From assembly GCA_965116665.1 (NCBI GenBank), contig OZ220709.1, positions 2,516,062 through 2,580,061 on the forward strand: a stretch of DNA of 64,000 nucleotides, in the 5' to 3' direction. The notes under the pieces were generated by a model that was not told where the DNA came from, searched no databases, and was given only the letters and a program-made list of their open reading frames with translations. This document shows positions 37,016-47,245 of the stretch, in pieces (position 1 is the first letter of the stretch; every line of letters starts with the position of its first letter). The DNA is from Acidimicrobiales bacterium (GTDB lineage: Bacteria > Actinomycetota > Acidimicrobiia > Acidimicrobiales > Aldehydirespiratoraceae). A program made the position numbers and the translations under genes.

Positions 37016-38131
37016 CTAGAGGCCGATGCGCTGGGCGAGGAGCTCCCGGTGATAAGTGGGGTCGCCGAAGAGGAGCTCGGAGCTCTTGGCCCGCTTGAAA
37101 TAGAGGTGCGCGGGGTGCTCCCAGGTGAAGCCGATCCCGCCGTGGATCTGGATGTTCTCAGCCGCCGCGTGGAAGTAGGCCTCCGAGCAGTAGCTCTTGG
37201 CCAGGGATGCCACCTGGGCCAGCTCCTCGTTCATCTCGGCCGCGCACCAGCCCGCGTAGTAGGCGGCCGACTTGGCCGACTCCACCTCCAGCAGCATGTC
37301 GGCGCACTTGTGCTTGATGGCCTGGAACGAGCCGATGGGCCGTCCGAACTGCACCCGGACCTTGGCGTACTCGACCGACATGTCCAAGCAGCGCTGGGCC
37401 CCGCCCACCTGCTCGGCGGCCAGGGCCACCGAGGCCAGGTCGAGCACGCTCTCCAGCACCGGCCATCCCTGGCCCTCGGTGCCGACGAGCGCGGCCTCCA
37501 CCCCCTCGAAGGTGAGCTTGGCCTGCTTGCGGGTCTGGTCCATGGTTGACAGCGCGGTGCGGGTCAGCCCGGCCGCGGCCGGATCCACCGTGAACAGGGA
37601 GACGCCGCCGCTGGTGCGGGCCGCCACGATGATCAGGTCGGCGGTGTGCCCGTCGAGGACGTACATCTTGACACCGTCCAGCCTCCAGGAGCCGTTGTCC
37701 GCCGTCGCGGCCATCGTGATGCCGGGTTCGTCCCAGCGGCCGTTCTGCTCGGTGAAGGCCAGCGTGCCCCGCGTCTCGCCCGAGGCGATACCGGGCAGGT
37801 GGGCCTCTTTGGCCGACTCGTCGCTGCTGAGCATCAGCGTGTTGGCGGCCATCACGGCCGACGAGAAGTAGGGGGCGCAAAGCAGGGACCGCCCCATCTC
37901 CTCGAGCACCACGACCTGCTCTATGCGGGTGAAGCCCTGGCCGCCGTAGTCCTCGGGTATGGTCAGCGCGGGCAGGCCCATCTGCTCGGACATCTGGGCC
38001 CACACGTCGGGGTCGAAGCCCTGCTCGGTGTCCATCTGCTCGCGGACCGCGGACTCGGGCGACTTCTCCTCCAGAAAGCTGCGGACGAAGTCTCGGAGCT
38101 GCTCCTGCTCATCGGTGAATGCGAAGTTCAC
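37016..38131 (-). CDS. Acyl-CoA dehydrogenase
   Basis: VNFAFTDEQEQLRDFVRSF N-terminus and a C-terminal ...IHGGIGFTWEH. GTG at 38131 follows GGAGAT. The track's 629-aa extension is antisense to sufC. Confidence 0.88.
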   Translation of the reverse strand: MNFAFTDEQEQLRDFVRSFLEEKSPESAVREQMDTEQGFDPDVWAQMSEQMGLPALTIPEDYGGQGFTRIEQVVVLEEMGRSLLCAPYFSSAVMAANTLMLSSDESAKEAHLPGIASGETRGTLAFTEQNGRWDEPGITMAATADNGSWRLDGVKMYVLDGHTADLIIVAARTSGGVSLFTVDPAAAGLTRTALSTMDQTRKQAKLTFEGVEAALVGTEGQGWPVLESVLDLASVALAAEQVGGAQRCLDMSVEYAKVRVQFGRPIGSFQAIKHKCADMLLEVESAKSAAYYAGWCAAEMNEELAQVASLAKSYCSEAYFHAAAENIQIHGGIGFTWEHPAHLYFKRAKSSELLFGDPTYHRELLAQRIGL

Positions 38132-38236
38132 GGTGGGGATCTCCTGCGAGTTGCGTGCGACGGCCAAGCTATCGGGCCGATTCAGGGCTGGGACGGGCCG
38201 TAGTGCCAGCACCGGCTCGGCCGTAGGATCAGGACC

Positions 38237-38995
38237 GTGCCCGCAGCACCGCTCTTCGAGATCGACGGCCTGCATGTGGCCACCGCGGACGGCGGCGTCG
38301 AGATACTGCGCGGCGTCGACCTGGTGGTCGGCGCGGGCGAGCTGCACGCTCTCATGGGTCCCAACGGTTCGGGCAAGTCCACCCTGGCCGCCACCCTGCT
38401 CGGCAGCCCCGAATACGAGGTGACCGGCGGCTCGATCCGCTTCAAGGGCGAGGACATCACCGCCTGGCCCCCGGAGGTGCGGGGCAAGGCCGGCCTGTTC
38501 CTGGCGTTCCAGTATCCCCAGGAGATCCCGGGCGTGTCGGTGCGCAACTTCCTCACCCAGGCCCTGCAGGCCCGCAAGGGCACCGAAGTCAGCTCCATCG
38601 AGACCTACATGACGATGGTCGAATGGATGGAGCGCCTGGCCATCGACTCGCAGTTGATGGACCGGCACCTCAACGAGAAGTTCTCCGGCGGGGAGAAGAA
38701 GCGCAACGAGATACTCCAGATGGCGGTGCTGGAGCCCGAGATGGCCATCCTCGACGAGACCGACACCGGCCTCGACATCGACGCCCTGCGCATCGTCGCC
38801 ACCGGGTTGAAGGAGGTCCGGTCGGAGAGACCGGAGCTGGGGGTGCTGGCCATCACCCACTTCCAGCGCATCCTCACCGCCGGCCTCGAGCCCGACCGGG
38901 TGCATGTGATCATGGGCGGCCGCATCACCACCAGCGGCGGCCCCGAGCTGGCCGACCAGCTCGAGCGCGAGGGTTACGAGCGGTTGGCGTCGTGA
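38237..38995 (+). CDS. sufC: Fe-S assembly ATPase SufC (copy linked to sufS-sufU)
   Basis: GPNGSGKSTL, FSGGEKKRNEILQ, ILDETDTGLDIDAL. Confidence 0.9.
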   Translation: MPAAPLFEIDGLHVATADGGVEILRGVDLVVGAGELHALMGPNGSGKSTLAATLLGSPEYEVTGGSIRFKGEDITAWPPEVRGKAGLFLAFQYPQEIPGVSVRNFLTQALQARKGTEVSSIETYMTMVEWMERLAIDSQLMDRHLNEKFSGGEKKRNEILQMAVLEPEMAILDETDTGLDIDALRIVATGLKEVRSERPELGVLAITHFQRILTAGLEPDRVHVIMGGRITTSGGPELADQLEREGYERLAS

Positions 38996-40236
38996 GCGGC
39001 GAGGGCGGCGACCGGCTCGGGGCAGGCACCCGTGCGGACTTCCCGCTCCTGGGGCGGGAGATGCGCGGCCGGCCCATCGTCTACCTCGACTCGGCTGCCT
39101 CGTCGCAGAAGCCCCGGTGCGTTCTCGACGCCATGAACAGCTACTACGAGACCATAAACGCCAACGTCCACCGGGGCGCCTACGAGATCGCGGCCCACGC
39201 CACCGAGGCCATGGAGGCGGCCCGGGCCGCCGTCGCGCGGTTCGTGAACGCGCCCTCGGCCGACGAGATCGTGTTCACCAAGAACGTCACCGAGGCCATC
39301 AACCTGGTCGCCCGATCCTGGGGCGGGGCCAACCTCGGGCCCGGCGACGCGGTGGTCATCACCGAGATGGAGCACCACGCCAACATCGTCCCGTGGCACA
39401 TCATGGCGGCCGAGAAGGGCTTCGAGCTGCGCTGGATCGGTGTCGGCGCCGACGGGCAGCTCGATCTCGGCAACCTGGACCGGCTGCTCGACGGGGCCAA
39501 GCTGCTGGGCGTCACCGCGATGAGCAACGTGCTGGGCACGCTCAACCCGATCCGCCGGCTGGCCGACGCCGCCCACGACGCCGGAGCGCTGCTTCTGGTG
39601 GACGCAGCCCAGTACGTCCCCCACCTGCCCACCGACGTGCAGGCGCTCGGCGCCGACTTCCTGGGCTTCACCGGGCACAAGATGTGCGGTCCCACCGGGA
39701 TAGGGGTGCTGTGGGCCAGGGCCGAGCTGCTGGAGGCCATGCCGCCGTTCCTCGGGGGCGGAGAGATGATCCTCGACGTTCGCAAGGACGGCTTCCTTCC
39801 CAACAACATCCCCCACAAGTTCGAGGCGGGAACCCCGCCCATCGCCGAGATCGTCGGCCTCGGCGCGGCGGTGGGCTATCTCGAGGGCCTGGGCATGGAC
39901 CGGGTGCGCGAGCACGAGGTGAGCCTCACCGCCTACGCGCTGCGCACGCTCCAGGACCGCTACGGCCCGGACCTCGCGGTGCACGGACCGTCGGAGCCGG
40001 CCTGCCGGGGCGGAGTCCTGTCGATGAGCTTCCGCGACATCCACCCCCACGACCTGTCCCAGGTGCTCGACGACCGGGGCGTGTGCGTGCGGGCCGGGCA
40101 CCATTGTGCCAAGCCGCTCATGCACCACCTCGGGGTCCCGGCCACCGCCCGGGCCTCGCTGTACGTCTACAACGACACCTCCGATGTGGACGCCCTCGCT
40201 GACGCCCTCGGCGCGGCCGGCGAGTTCTTCGGGTAG
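38992..40236 (+). CDS. sufS: Cysteine desulfurase SufS
   Basis: YLDSAASSQKP, NANVHRG, the PLP lysine context FTGHKM.GPTGIG, and GHHCA. The GTG overlaps the sufC stop (GTGA). Confidence 0.9.
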   Translation: MSGEGGDRLGAGTRADFPLLGREMRGRPIVYLDSAASSQKPRCVLDAMNSYYETINANVHRGAYEIAAHATEAMEAARAAVARFVNAPSADEIVFTKNVTEAINLVARSWGGANLGPGDAVVITEMEHHANIVPWHIMAAEKGFELRWIGVGADGQLDLGNLDRLLDGAKLLGVTAMSNVLGTLNPIRRLADAAHDAGALLLVDAAQYVPHLPTDVQALGADFLGFTGHKMCGPTGIGVLWARAELLEAMPPFLGGGEMILDVRKDGFLPNNIPHKFEAGTPPIAEIVGLGAAVGYLEGLGMDRVREHEVSLTAYALRTLQDRYGPDLAVHGPSEPACRGGVLSMSFRDIHPHDLSQVLDDRGVCVRAGHHCAKPLMHHLGVPATARASLYVYNDTSDVDALADALGAAGEFFG

Positions 40237-40248
40237 GCGGGGTCGGTC

Positions 40249-40746
40249 GTGGCCGGTCTGGAGGACCTCTACCGGGAGATCATCCTCGACCACTACCGCA
40301 ACCCCCGAAACCGCGGCGAGCTCGAGGTGCCTCCCGCGGTGCAGGCCGTGGGCTTCAACCCGCTGTGCGGGGACGAGGTGATCGTCTACCTGGAGGTGAG
40401 CGACGGCGTGATCACCGATGTGTCCACCGGCGGCCAGGGCTGCTCGATCAGCCAGTCGTCGGCGTCGATGATGTCCACTGCGATCAAGGGCCGCACGGTC
40501 GCGGAGGTGCGGCGGCTGGTCCGGTCCTTCAAGCGGATGATGTCCATCCACGGCAGCGGGATCGGCGGCACCGACGACGAACTCGACGACGAACCCGAGG
40601 CCGGCAACGGCACCGGTGGCACCGGTGAGGTGAAGCTCGGGGATCTCGAGGCCCTGCGCGGTGTGGTGAAGTTCCCGGTGCGCATCAAGTGCGCCACCCT
40701 GTCGTGGAACACCCTGGTCCAAGCCATCGACGAGACCCTCGCCTGA
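40249..40746 (+). CDS. sufU: Fe-S scaffold / sulfur acceptor SufU
   Basis: LYREIILDHYRNPRN, NPLCGDEV, GQGCSISQSSASMM, RIKCATLSW. It carries an acidic/Gly-rich insert. Confidence 0.88.
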   Translation: MAGLEDLYREIILDHYRNPRNRGELEVPPAVQAVGFNPLCGDEVIVYLEVSDGVITDVSTGGQGCSISQSSASMMSTAIKGRTVAEVRRLVRSFKRMMSIHGSGIGGTDDELDDEPEAGNGTGGTGEVKLGDLEALRGVVKFPVRIKCATLSWNTLVQAIDETLA

Positions 40747-40759
40747 GTTCCCAGGCGCC

Positions 40760-40987
40760 CTAACGCAGGCCGAGGCGCTCCAGCAGATCCTCGACGCTGA
40801 TCCCGTGGTGGGTCGCGACGCTCTTGAGAATGCTCGACAAGGTCTTGACCTTGATCGGGTCATGCATCGGAATAACCTCGTGATGCTCGCCGTTGACCTG
40901 CGTCGTCACGCGCACATGCGAACCGCGCTGCCGGGTGGGCCGGTAGCCGAGGGACCGGAGTGCCCTCGCAAGATCGGCGCCGCGCAT
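40760..40987 (-). CDS. hicA: HicA-family toxin (mRNA interferase)
   Basis: LRSLGY...RQRGSHVRV pattern in a 75-aa protein. Confidence 0.75.
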   Translation of the reverse strand: MRGADLARALRSLGYRPTRQRGSHVRVTTQVNGEHHEVIPMHDPIKVKTLSSILKSVATHHGISVEDLLERLGLR

Positions 40988-41002
40988 GTCGCGCGGCGCC
41001 TC

Positions 41003-41224
41003 TCACAGCGTCAGAACCTCGTCACGGACGAAGTGCAGGCGAATCACGCCGGGCCGAGCGGAGCCGTCATCGAAGTAGCACTCGACGGCCTCCCGAACGT
41101 TGTGGCGGACCTCGTCGATCGTCTCGCCCTCAGTGTGGATGCCATACCCGAGAGCACTGGCGGAGTATCCACCGTCAATCTCGTCTTCACTGACCTCGAA
41201 GATGATCTCAGACAAGCTGGACAT
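41003..41224 (-). CDS. hicB: HicB-like antitoxin (short form with no obvious DNA-binding domain)
   Basis: 73 aa with ...DGGYSASALGYGIHTEGETIDEVRHNVREAVECYF. Its ATG overlaps the helicase stop by 1 nt (TGATG). Confidence 0.7.
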   Translation of the reverse strand: MSSLSEIIFEVSEDEIDGGYSASALGYGIHTEGETIDEVRHNVREAVECYFDDGSARPGVIRLHFVRDEVLTL

Positions 41225-44172
41225 CAGGGGTCCTCCCCGGTTGCCGGCATGGATTCTTCTCGTCTGTCTCCCTGACTCTGCACAATACCGGCCAGGAGAG
41301 GCTTGAGGGCCTCGCCGTAAGCGGCCAGCTTGGCAGGGCCGATGCCACTTACTGCCAACAGGCCCGCGTCCGTGACCGGCCGCTGCCGGGCCAACTGTCG
41401 GAGGGTGGCGTCGGAGAAGACAACGAAGGCGGGCACTTCATCGGCCTTGCTGCGCTCCAGCCGCCACTGCCTCAGACGCTGGAATGCCATCGCGGCCTGA
41501 GGATCATCGATCAGATCGTTCTTGGACTTCGACGCGGGCGCCGGCTTGGTCGTCTCGGCACGGGAAGGAGGGTCAAGCCACCATTGGGCGTCGGAAGCCC
41601 TAGTTCGTCGAGATGGTTTGGGCGTCTCGCGTCGGTGGGAACGGGCGGGCTCCGCGGCGAGGGCCGCTGGTTCGAGCTTGGAGCGCCACTGCATCTCGGT
41701 GATGAACGGCGACTTGGGGCCGTCGGCGATTACCAGTACCGACTCCGAGCCGCGGGTGACGGCGACGTGGAAGACGCGGCGCTCCTCCTCCAAGTCGCCG
41801 GCCAGCCGATGGGGCATGAGTCCCTCTGTGGCCGACAGGACGATCACGTGGGGCCACTCCAGCCCCTTGACCCGGTGCACCGTGGCCAGCCGCACCCCCC
41901 GTCCCCACGACGGGCGTCCGGCGCGGGAGTCGCCCTCGCCGCCGTAGCGGCTGCCCTCGGTGAGCCGGGTGGACAGCCAGTGCTCGAACTCTCCGGGGTC
42001 GGGGCAGTGGGGCGCCACCGACAGCAGCGCCCTCAGGTCGTCGCCGTGAGCGGAGCGGTCAAGGGATCGACGGGACGCGTCGAGGCGCTCGTCGAGGGTC
42101 GCGCCCAGCTGGGTGCCGTGCTGGATCGCCTCCAGCAGACGCAGGGTGTCGGCGCCGTCGCGGGCCAGGTCGCCCACCCGTTCAACATCGTCAACGAAGT
42201 CTGACACCCGCTCCGCGGTCCGCTCGTCAGAGATGCGGCTCGCCAGCCGCCTGAGCGCACCGACGTTGTGCTGCTCCGCGATCCACTCCACCACACGGGG
42301 AGAGATGCCCCGGGGCGGGCGCCGGGCTGCCATGGCCAGGGCGGCGGCAGGCAGCCGGGCCGTCGCGGACGTGGCCAGCCGCAGCCAGGCCAGCATCGAG
42401 GCGACGCCGGTGCGTTCCAGGAACCAGGGTCCGACGGGGGCCATGCAGTCGATCCGGGCCTCCGACAGCAGGATCTGGGGCGCCAGCAGCGTGCTGTTGA
42501 CCCTGGTCAGCACCGCGATGTCACGCTCCCCGGCTCCGGCGCCCATGAGGCCCCGCACATGCTCGACCACGGCCAGGCCGCCGTCGGCGGCGACCTGGAC
42601 CGTCAAGGACCGGACCGAGGGCTCGTCCTGGCCGGTCTCGCCGCCATCTGGCCGGACCGCACCGAGCGCAGCCTCACCGGGCCCGTCAGTGTCCGGCGAG
42701 GCGACGTCGGGGACGCTGACTGGCCGGGGCGAAATGTCCTTGGGGATTCGATGGCGGTTGTGTGAGAGCAGGTTGGAGGCGGCCTCCACGACCTCGGGCG
42801 GGCAGCGGTAGTTGACGCCCAGCAGATGTCGGGCCGCGCCGGGGAAGAAGCGCTCGTATTCGATCAACCAGCGGGGCGACGCCCCCGAGTACCCGTAGAT
42901 GGTCTGGTCGTCGTCGCCCACCCCGAAGACATCGGCCCTCGGGCCGGCCAGCAGGCGGATCATGAGCAGATGGGCTGGGGTCAGGTCCTGGAACTCGTCC
43001 ACCAGCAGCACGCCGCACACCCGGCGGGCCGCGGCCCTTGCCGCGGGGTCGGTGAGCAGCACCTCGATGGCCTTCACGATCTGGTGATCGAAGTCGACCA
43101 CGCCCCGCTCCGACAGCGCTTCGGCGTAGGCCGGGGCCAGTTCTGCGAAGCCCTCGACATCGGGGGCGTAGTCCCGCTCGACCTCGGCCGGATCACGCAG
43201 CCCGAGGCGGGACGCGCTGAGGGCCTCCACCCACGGCGCCAGCGGATCGGTCATGGCCCGCCGGCGCCTCCGGGGAGCGCGCTCCCCCACCAGGCCGTGC
43301 AGCAGATCCCGCACCTCCGGCTCGTCGATCACCTCGATCCGGCCGTGCCGGGCCGGACGGGCGAACGGACCGGTGCCGTTGCACACCGCCAGCGCCAGGC
43401 TGTTGAAGGTGCGGACCTCCAATCCGGCAAGGTCGGCGGTGCGCTCCTGCATCTCGGCCCGAGCCCTCACGTTGTAGGCCACCAGGCACACCGCGGCCGG
43501 GGCCACGCCCAGATCGCGGACCAGCCATCGGGCCCGCTCGGTGAGCACCCGGGTCTTGCCCGACCCGGCCGGGGCCACGATGCATGCACCCCCGCCGAGA
43601 TGGCCCACCGCCCGCCGCTGGTCGGGCGCCAGATCGGCCTCGGGATCGTTGGGCCGCGTCACCCCCAACTCGCCCACGGCGAGGTTGGCGACCGGGATCA
43701 GTCCGGCCCCCTGTAGCTCACCGTCACCGAACGTGTCCAGAGGCCCGCCGTCGCACCATGCGGGTCCGCAGCCCGGCAACACGACATCACTCCCCTCGCC
43801 GGAAGCGGCGGCCCGGGCACCCAGAGCGATAGCCCGATCCCGGGGAGCGAACCGCAACTGCGCGGGATCCCGGGCGTCCACCGCGTTGGCGGTCAGGAGA
43901 TGGCTCCAAACCTCATCGGTCAGGGTCAGGCCGGGTCCCCAGTCCCACCAGGACTGATGCAGCACGGGCTCGCTGTCCGGCAGCGGGCCGTCGACCTCGA
44001 TCACCAACCGCTCGCGCTCGTGCCAGGCCCGCCGGAGCCGTCGCCCCGCCGTCGCGTCCGGCGACCCGGTGTTCACGGCGATCCGGGGGTACCGCTCCCA
44101 CAGCCCGGGCGCACGCTGTCCCGGCGACACCAGCACGCTGCGGCCGAGGCAGTCGGGCCCGGCGAGATTCAC
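41224..44172 (-). CDS. UvrD/Rep-family DNA helicase with a C-terminal HRDC domain
   Basis: Walker A APAGSGKTRVL, VLLVDEFQDLTP, TVHRVKGLEW, and an HRDC-like tail (FQRLRQWRLERSK...VFSDATLRQLA). The chosen GTG at 44172 overlaps the upstream stop (GTGA). Confidence 0.8.
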   Translation of the reverse strand: MNLAGPDCLGRSVLVSPGQRAPGLWERYPRIAVNTGSPDATAGRRLRRAWHERERLVIEVDGPLPDSEPVLHQSWWDWGPGLTLTDEVWSHLLTANAVDARDPAQLRFAPRDRAIALGARAAASGEGSDVVLPGCGPAWCDGGPLDTFGDGELQGAGLIPVANLAVGELGVTRPNDPEADLAPDQRRAVGHLGGGACIVAPAGSGKTRVLTERARWLVRDLGVAPAAVCLVAYNVRARAEMQERTADLAGLEVRTFNSLALAVCNGTGPFARPARHGRIEVIDEPEVRDLLHGLVGERAPRRRRRAMTDPLAPWVEALSASRLGLRDPAEVERDYAPDVEGFAELAPAYAEALSERGVVDFDHQIVKAIEVLLTDPAARAAARRVCGVLLVDEFQDLTPAHLLMIRLLAGPRADVFGVGDDDQTIYGYSGASPRWLIEYERFFPGAARHLLGVNYRCPPEVVEAASNLLSHNRHRIPKDISPRPVSVPDVASPDTDGPGEAALGAVRPDGGETGQDEPSVRSLTVQVAADGGLAVVEHVRGLMGAGAGERDIAVLTRVNSTLLAPQILLSEARIDCMAPVGPWFLERTGVASMLAWLRLATSATARLPAAALAMAARRPPRGISPRVVEWIAEQHNVGALRRLASRISDERTAERVSDFVDDVERVGDLARDGADTLRLLEAIQHGTQLGATLDERLDASRRSLDRSAHGDDLRALLSVAPHCPDPGEFEHWLSTRLTEGSRYGGEGDSRAGRPSWGRGVRLATVHRVKGLEWPHVIVLSATEGLMPHRLAGDLEEERRVFHVAVTRGSESVLVIADGPKSPFITEMQWRSKLEPAALAAEPARSHRRETPKPSRRTRASDAQWWLDPPSRAETTKPAPASKSKNDLIDDPQAAMAFQRLRQWRLERSKADEVPAFVVFSDATLRQLARQRPVTDAGLLAVSGIGPAKLAAYGEALKPLLAGIVQSQGDRREESMPATGEDP

Positions 44173-44942
44173 GGGCCTTGAGACACGGCGAGTCGCCGGA
44201 TCGCTGCCTGTACCCGGTCGGGCCGGTGGCAACGGCCGTAATCGAAGCCGGACCGCAGGCATATCTCCAGCAGCTCGTCGTGCTGGTCGGTCTGCTTCCA
44301 GGGCAGCGGCAGGTAGATGGGCAGCCCGAAGGCCCGTAGGTCGTCGAGGCTCTCGTAGACCCGCTTCTGGTACCGGTAGCGGTCGGCCCATTCCCAGTCG
44401 GGTGGCCCGAAGCCGGTTCCGGGGTCGAGGATCAGCCGGTGCCGCTCAATGCCGGCCCCCTCCCAGCGCGGCAGCGAGCGGCGGAACCATGCGCAGATCG
44501 TCTCGGCCGGATCACCGGTCACATGCCGGGAGGCCTTGGGATCGGCACCCCACACGAACGGCACCACCACCGGCACGTCCCGCCCGGCCGCGAGGCGGAC
44601 CGTGGCGGGGTTCTGGAGCCCGTCGGCCGCGTTGATCATGGTGGCGCCGCAGTCGAGGGCACGCCGCATGATCTCCGGCTGCCAGGAGTCCACCGACAGC
44701 ACCGCTCCCCGGTCTGCGCACAACCCGGCGAGGGCCTGGACCTTGCCGTCGAGGCGCTCCCACTCGACCTCGACGTCCACCCGAGCGGCGAACTGCGTGG
44801 AACCGGCTCCGCCGAGGTCGATGCCGGCACAGCCGGCGTCGAGCAGCTCGCTGGCCCGGGCCACCGCGCCCTCGACCGTGGTCGCCACCGAGAAGTCGGC
44901 CAGCGAGTCCGGCGAGGCGTTGATCACGCCATGCAGCCTCAT
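44169..44942 (-). CDS. Dihydropteroate-synthase-like (pterin-binding, FolP2-like) protein
   Basis: MRLHGVINASPDS...DLGG.ST...INA fold pattern. It lies downstream of gpgS, matching the mycobacterial gpgS/folP2 pairing. Confidence 0.7.
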   Translation of the reverse strand: MRLHGVINASPDSLADFSVATTVEGAVARASELLDAGCAGIDLGGAGSTQFAARVDVEVEWERLDGKVQALAGLCADRGAVLSVDSWQPEIMRRALDCGATMINAADGLQNPATVRLAAGRDVPVVVPFVWGADPKASRHVTGDPAETICAWFRRSLPRWEGAGIERHRLILDPGTGFGPPDWEWADRYRYQKRVYESLDDLRAFGLPIYLPLPWKQTDQHDELLEICLRSGFDYGRCHRPDRVQAAIRRLAVSQGP

Positions 44943-44967
44943 CGAGCCGTTGCGGGTCGCCGGCTGC

Positions 44968-46164
44968 TCACTCCGGGGCACGGAGCGCCTCGACGAGCAG
45001 CGGCCCGACCTCAGGAGCCTGCTGGTGCACTTGCTGCCACGACGGGTTGAGTGAATCCTCCCGGGGATTGTTCCGGCACCGCGCCACCCCGTCGGCAACG
45101 CTGCGGGCGAACACCTCAGCAGTGGCCTGCTCGGCCGCGACATCCACGATGTAGCCGTTGAGTTCCGCGTCGTTGGCGTAGTGGCGGACCAGGTTCCGGG
45201 CCGCGGCCAGGTATGCCTCGCACAGGCCGTCGGCACCGTCGACCACCTCCGGGCCGAGGCGGCGGATCATGGTGGTGGTCACGTCGATGCTCATGCGCCT
45301 CAGGCCTGCGGTCGGATCGTCGGCCGAGAGGTCCTGGTGCTTGTGGTCGTAGGCGTCGGCTACCGACACCTGGCAGATGCTGGACGGATCGCACCGCGTA
45401 TAGACATCGGAGAGGATGCCGATGTCCATGCCCCAATGGCCGGGAATCCGCAGGCTCGCAGCCACCTGAGCGGTCATGGCGGTCTCCCCGGCCAGCGGGT
45501 ACCGGAATGCCTCCAGGAAGCGCAGGTACTGGTGGTCGCCGGCCTCGGCCCGGAGCGCCCGCACCAGCGGCGCCACCAGCAGCCGGGTCACCCGCCCGCC
45601 GAAGCGGCCTTCGGTCACGCGGTGGTAGTAACCCTTGGCGAAGGCGTAGCCGAAGCTCGGGTGGGCGACCGGATACACCAGGCGGGCCGGCAGCGCACGG
45701 CTGTAGCCCACGATGTCGGCGTCGTGCATGGCGATCACCTGGGCCGACCCGCCCGCCAGCACCGCGCCCAGGCAGTACCACACGTTGCGGCCCTTGCCCC
45801 GGCTGCGGGGGGCCAGTCCCCGGTCCCGCAGCCGCTGCTCGACCGCGGTCATGGCATCGCTGTCGTTCCACAGCACATCGCAGCGCTGCGGCAGCCGTTC
45901 CAGCAGGCCGAGGGCCCGCCGGCAGTCGTGCTCGCCGGCCTCGTCGAGACCCACCACGATGTGGGTCAGCCAGTCCGCGCCGGCCAACTCCGCGACCATC
46001 CTCTCGAAGGCCTCCGCACCCACGTCCGACGCCAGGCAGGGGATGATCAGCGCCACAGGCCGATCGGCGGACCAGGCCCGGAGATCGCGTTCCAGGTCGG
46101 CGGTGTGGCGGTGGCCCAAGTCGTGCAGCGTCGGCACGACGCCCGCCTGGCTGAAGTCCGCCAC
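44968..46164 (-). CDS. gpgS: Glucosyl-3-phosphoglycerate synthase-like GT81 glycosyltransferase (start uncertain, track start 46269)
   Basis: ALIIPCL, RGKGRNVW, the DxD motif in AMHDADIVGY, and FGGRVTRL. The track start would overlap the divergent gene at 46238. Confidence 0.7.
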   Translation of the reverse strand: MADFSQAGVVPTLHDLGHRHTADLERDLRAWSADRPVALIIPCLASDVGAEAFERMVAELAGADWLTHIVVGLDEAGEHDCRRALGLLERLPQRCDVLWNDSDAMTAVEQRLRDRGLAPRSRGKGRNVWYCLGAVLAGGSAQVIAMHDADIVGYSRALPARLVYPVAHPSFGYAFAKGYYHRVTEGRFGGRVTRLLVAPLVRALRAEAGDHQYLRFLEAFRYPLAGETAMTAQVAASLRIPGHWGMDIGILSDVYTRCDPSSICQVSVADAYDHKHQDLSADDPTAGLRRMSIDVTTTMIRRLGPEVVDGADGLCEAYLAAARNLVRHYANDAELNGYIVDVAAEQATAEVFARSVADGVARCRNNPREDSLNPSWQQVHQQAPEVGPLLVEALRAPE

Positions 46165-46237
46165 GCCCGGCAGTGTCGCACGGCAAGGGCCGCATCCCAC
46201 CCCTGCCGGCAAGATCGTCGGGTTAGAGTCGCTGGCC

Positions 46238-47230
46238 GTGACCGACCTGCCACCGGCCGACTGGTACACCGACCCCGAGGACGAGTCGCAGTACCGCTAC
46301 TGGGACGGATCGTCCTGGACCCAGCACCGCGCCCCCCGCCTCGCCGACCCGGACGGCGAGCCCGGCGCTGCCGCCGGCGGTCTGCGCGGCCCGTCTCGGC
46401 TGGTCGCGGACACGTTCTCGCTAGCCGGCCGGCGGTGGCGACCGTTGGTTGCCGTGGCCGTGATCTTCATCCTGAGCCAGGTCGCCGCGGGCGTCCTGCT
46501 GATCGTCTCCGCCGGCGACATCCTCATGGGAGAACTCGGCGAGATCTACGACAGGGCCTCCCAGCCCGGATTCGACCCGTCGGAGCCCCAACATGAGGCC
46601 TATTTCGAATCGCTGGAACTCGACCTGGCGCCCATCAACTTCGTGCCCGCCCTGCTGGGCCTGCTGGCCCTGTGGGTCGCGAGCAACGTGATGCAGGCGG
46701 CGGTCACTAGGATTGCTCTCAGCGACCTGCACGGCCGGGCTCCGACCACATCCGACAGCCTCAGACAGGCTCTGCGGCGAGTGCCCCGGTTGATGGGCCT
46801 GGATCTCATCGTCACGGCGATCCTCCTGCTTGCACTGGTCGGCATGGTCGTGGCGGTAATCGGCGCGCCGCTGCTGCTGATTCCACTGGTTCCGGCCGTG
46901 ATCGTGGGCGCCGTCTATGCGACTGTCGTCGTCACGATGGCCTACGCGGTCGCCTCGGTCGGACCACGCACATGGTCGCTCCCCTACGGGGCCCGGCTCG
47001 TACGGGGACGGTTCTGGGCGACGTTGGGACGCCTGCTGCTCGTTGTCCTATTGCTGTTCGCCGCGAGCCTCGCGGTGGGGCTCGTGTTCACGATCGCGGC
47101 GACCTCAGGAGGAACGGCGCTCGAACTGGTCTCGCAAGTGGTTCAAACGGTGGTGGGCGCAGGGCTGGCGGTGGTGTGGATCGTCGCCTCCGCGATCCTC
47201 TACGACGACCTCGGGGGCGAGTCGGACTGA
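46238..47230 (+). CDS. Membrane protein with an N-terminal DUF2510-like motif
   Basis: WYTDPEDESQYRYWDGSSWTQH followed by several hydrophobic helices. GTG at 46238. Confidence 0.6.
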   Translation: MTDLPPADWYTDPEDESQYRYWDGSSWTQHRAPRLADPDGEPGAAAGGLRGPSRLVADTFSLAGRRWRPLVAVAVIFILSQVAAGVLLIVSAGDILMGELGEIYDRASQPGFDPSEPQHEAYFESLELDLAPINFVPALLGLLALWVASNVMQAAVTRIALSDLHGRAPTTSDSLRQALRRVPRLMGLDLIVTAILLLALVGMVVAVIGAPLLLIPLVPAVIVGAVYATVVVTMAYAVASVGPRTWSLPYGARLVRGRFWATLGRLLLVVLLLFAASLAVGLVFTIAATSGGTALELVSQVVQTVVGAGLAVVWIVASAILYDDLGGESD

Positions 47231-47245
47231 GAGCGCCCGGGCCCG

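Noticed and set aside
38132-38905. N-terminal 258-aa extension of the acyl-CoA dehydrogenase ORF
   Set aside because: The extension is antisense to sufC and has no dehydrogenase similarity. A GTG with a good Shine-Dalgarno sequence at 38131 gives the canonical VNFAFTDEQ N-terminus.
44943-45236. N-terminal extension of the DHPS-like ORF
   Set aside because: The extension overlaps the 3' end of gpgS in another frame. The internal ATG at 44942 gives the expected MRLHGVINASPDS start.
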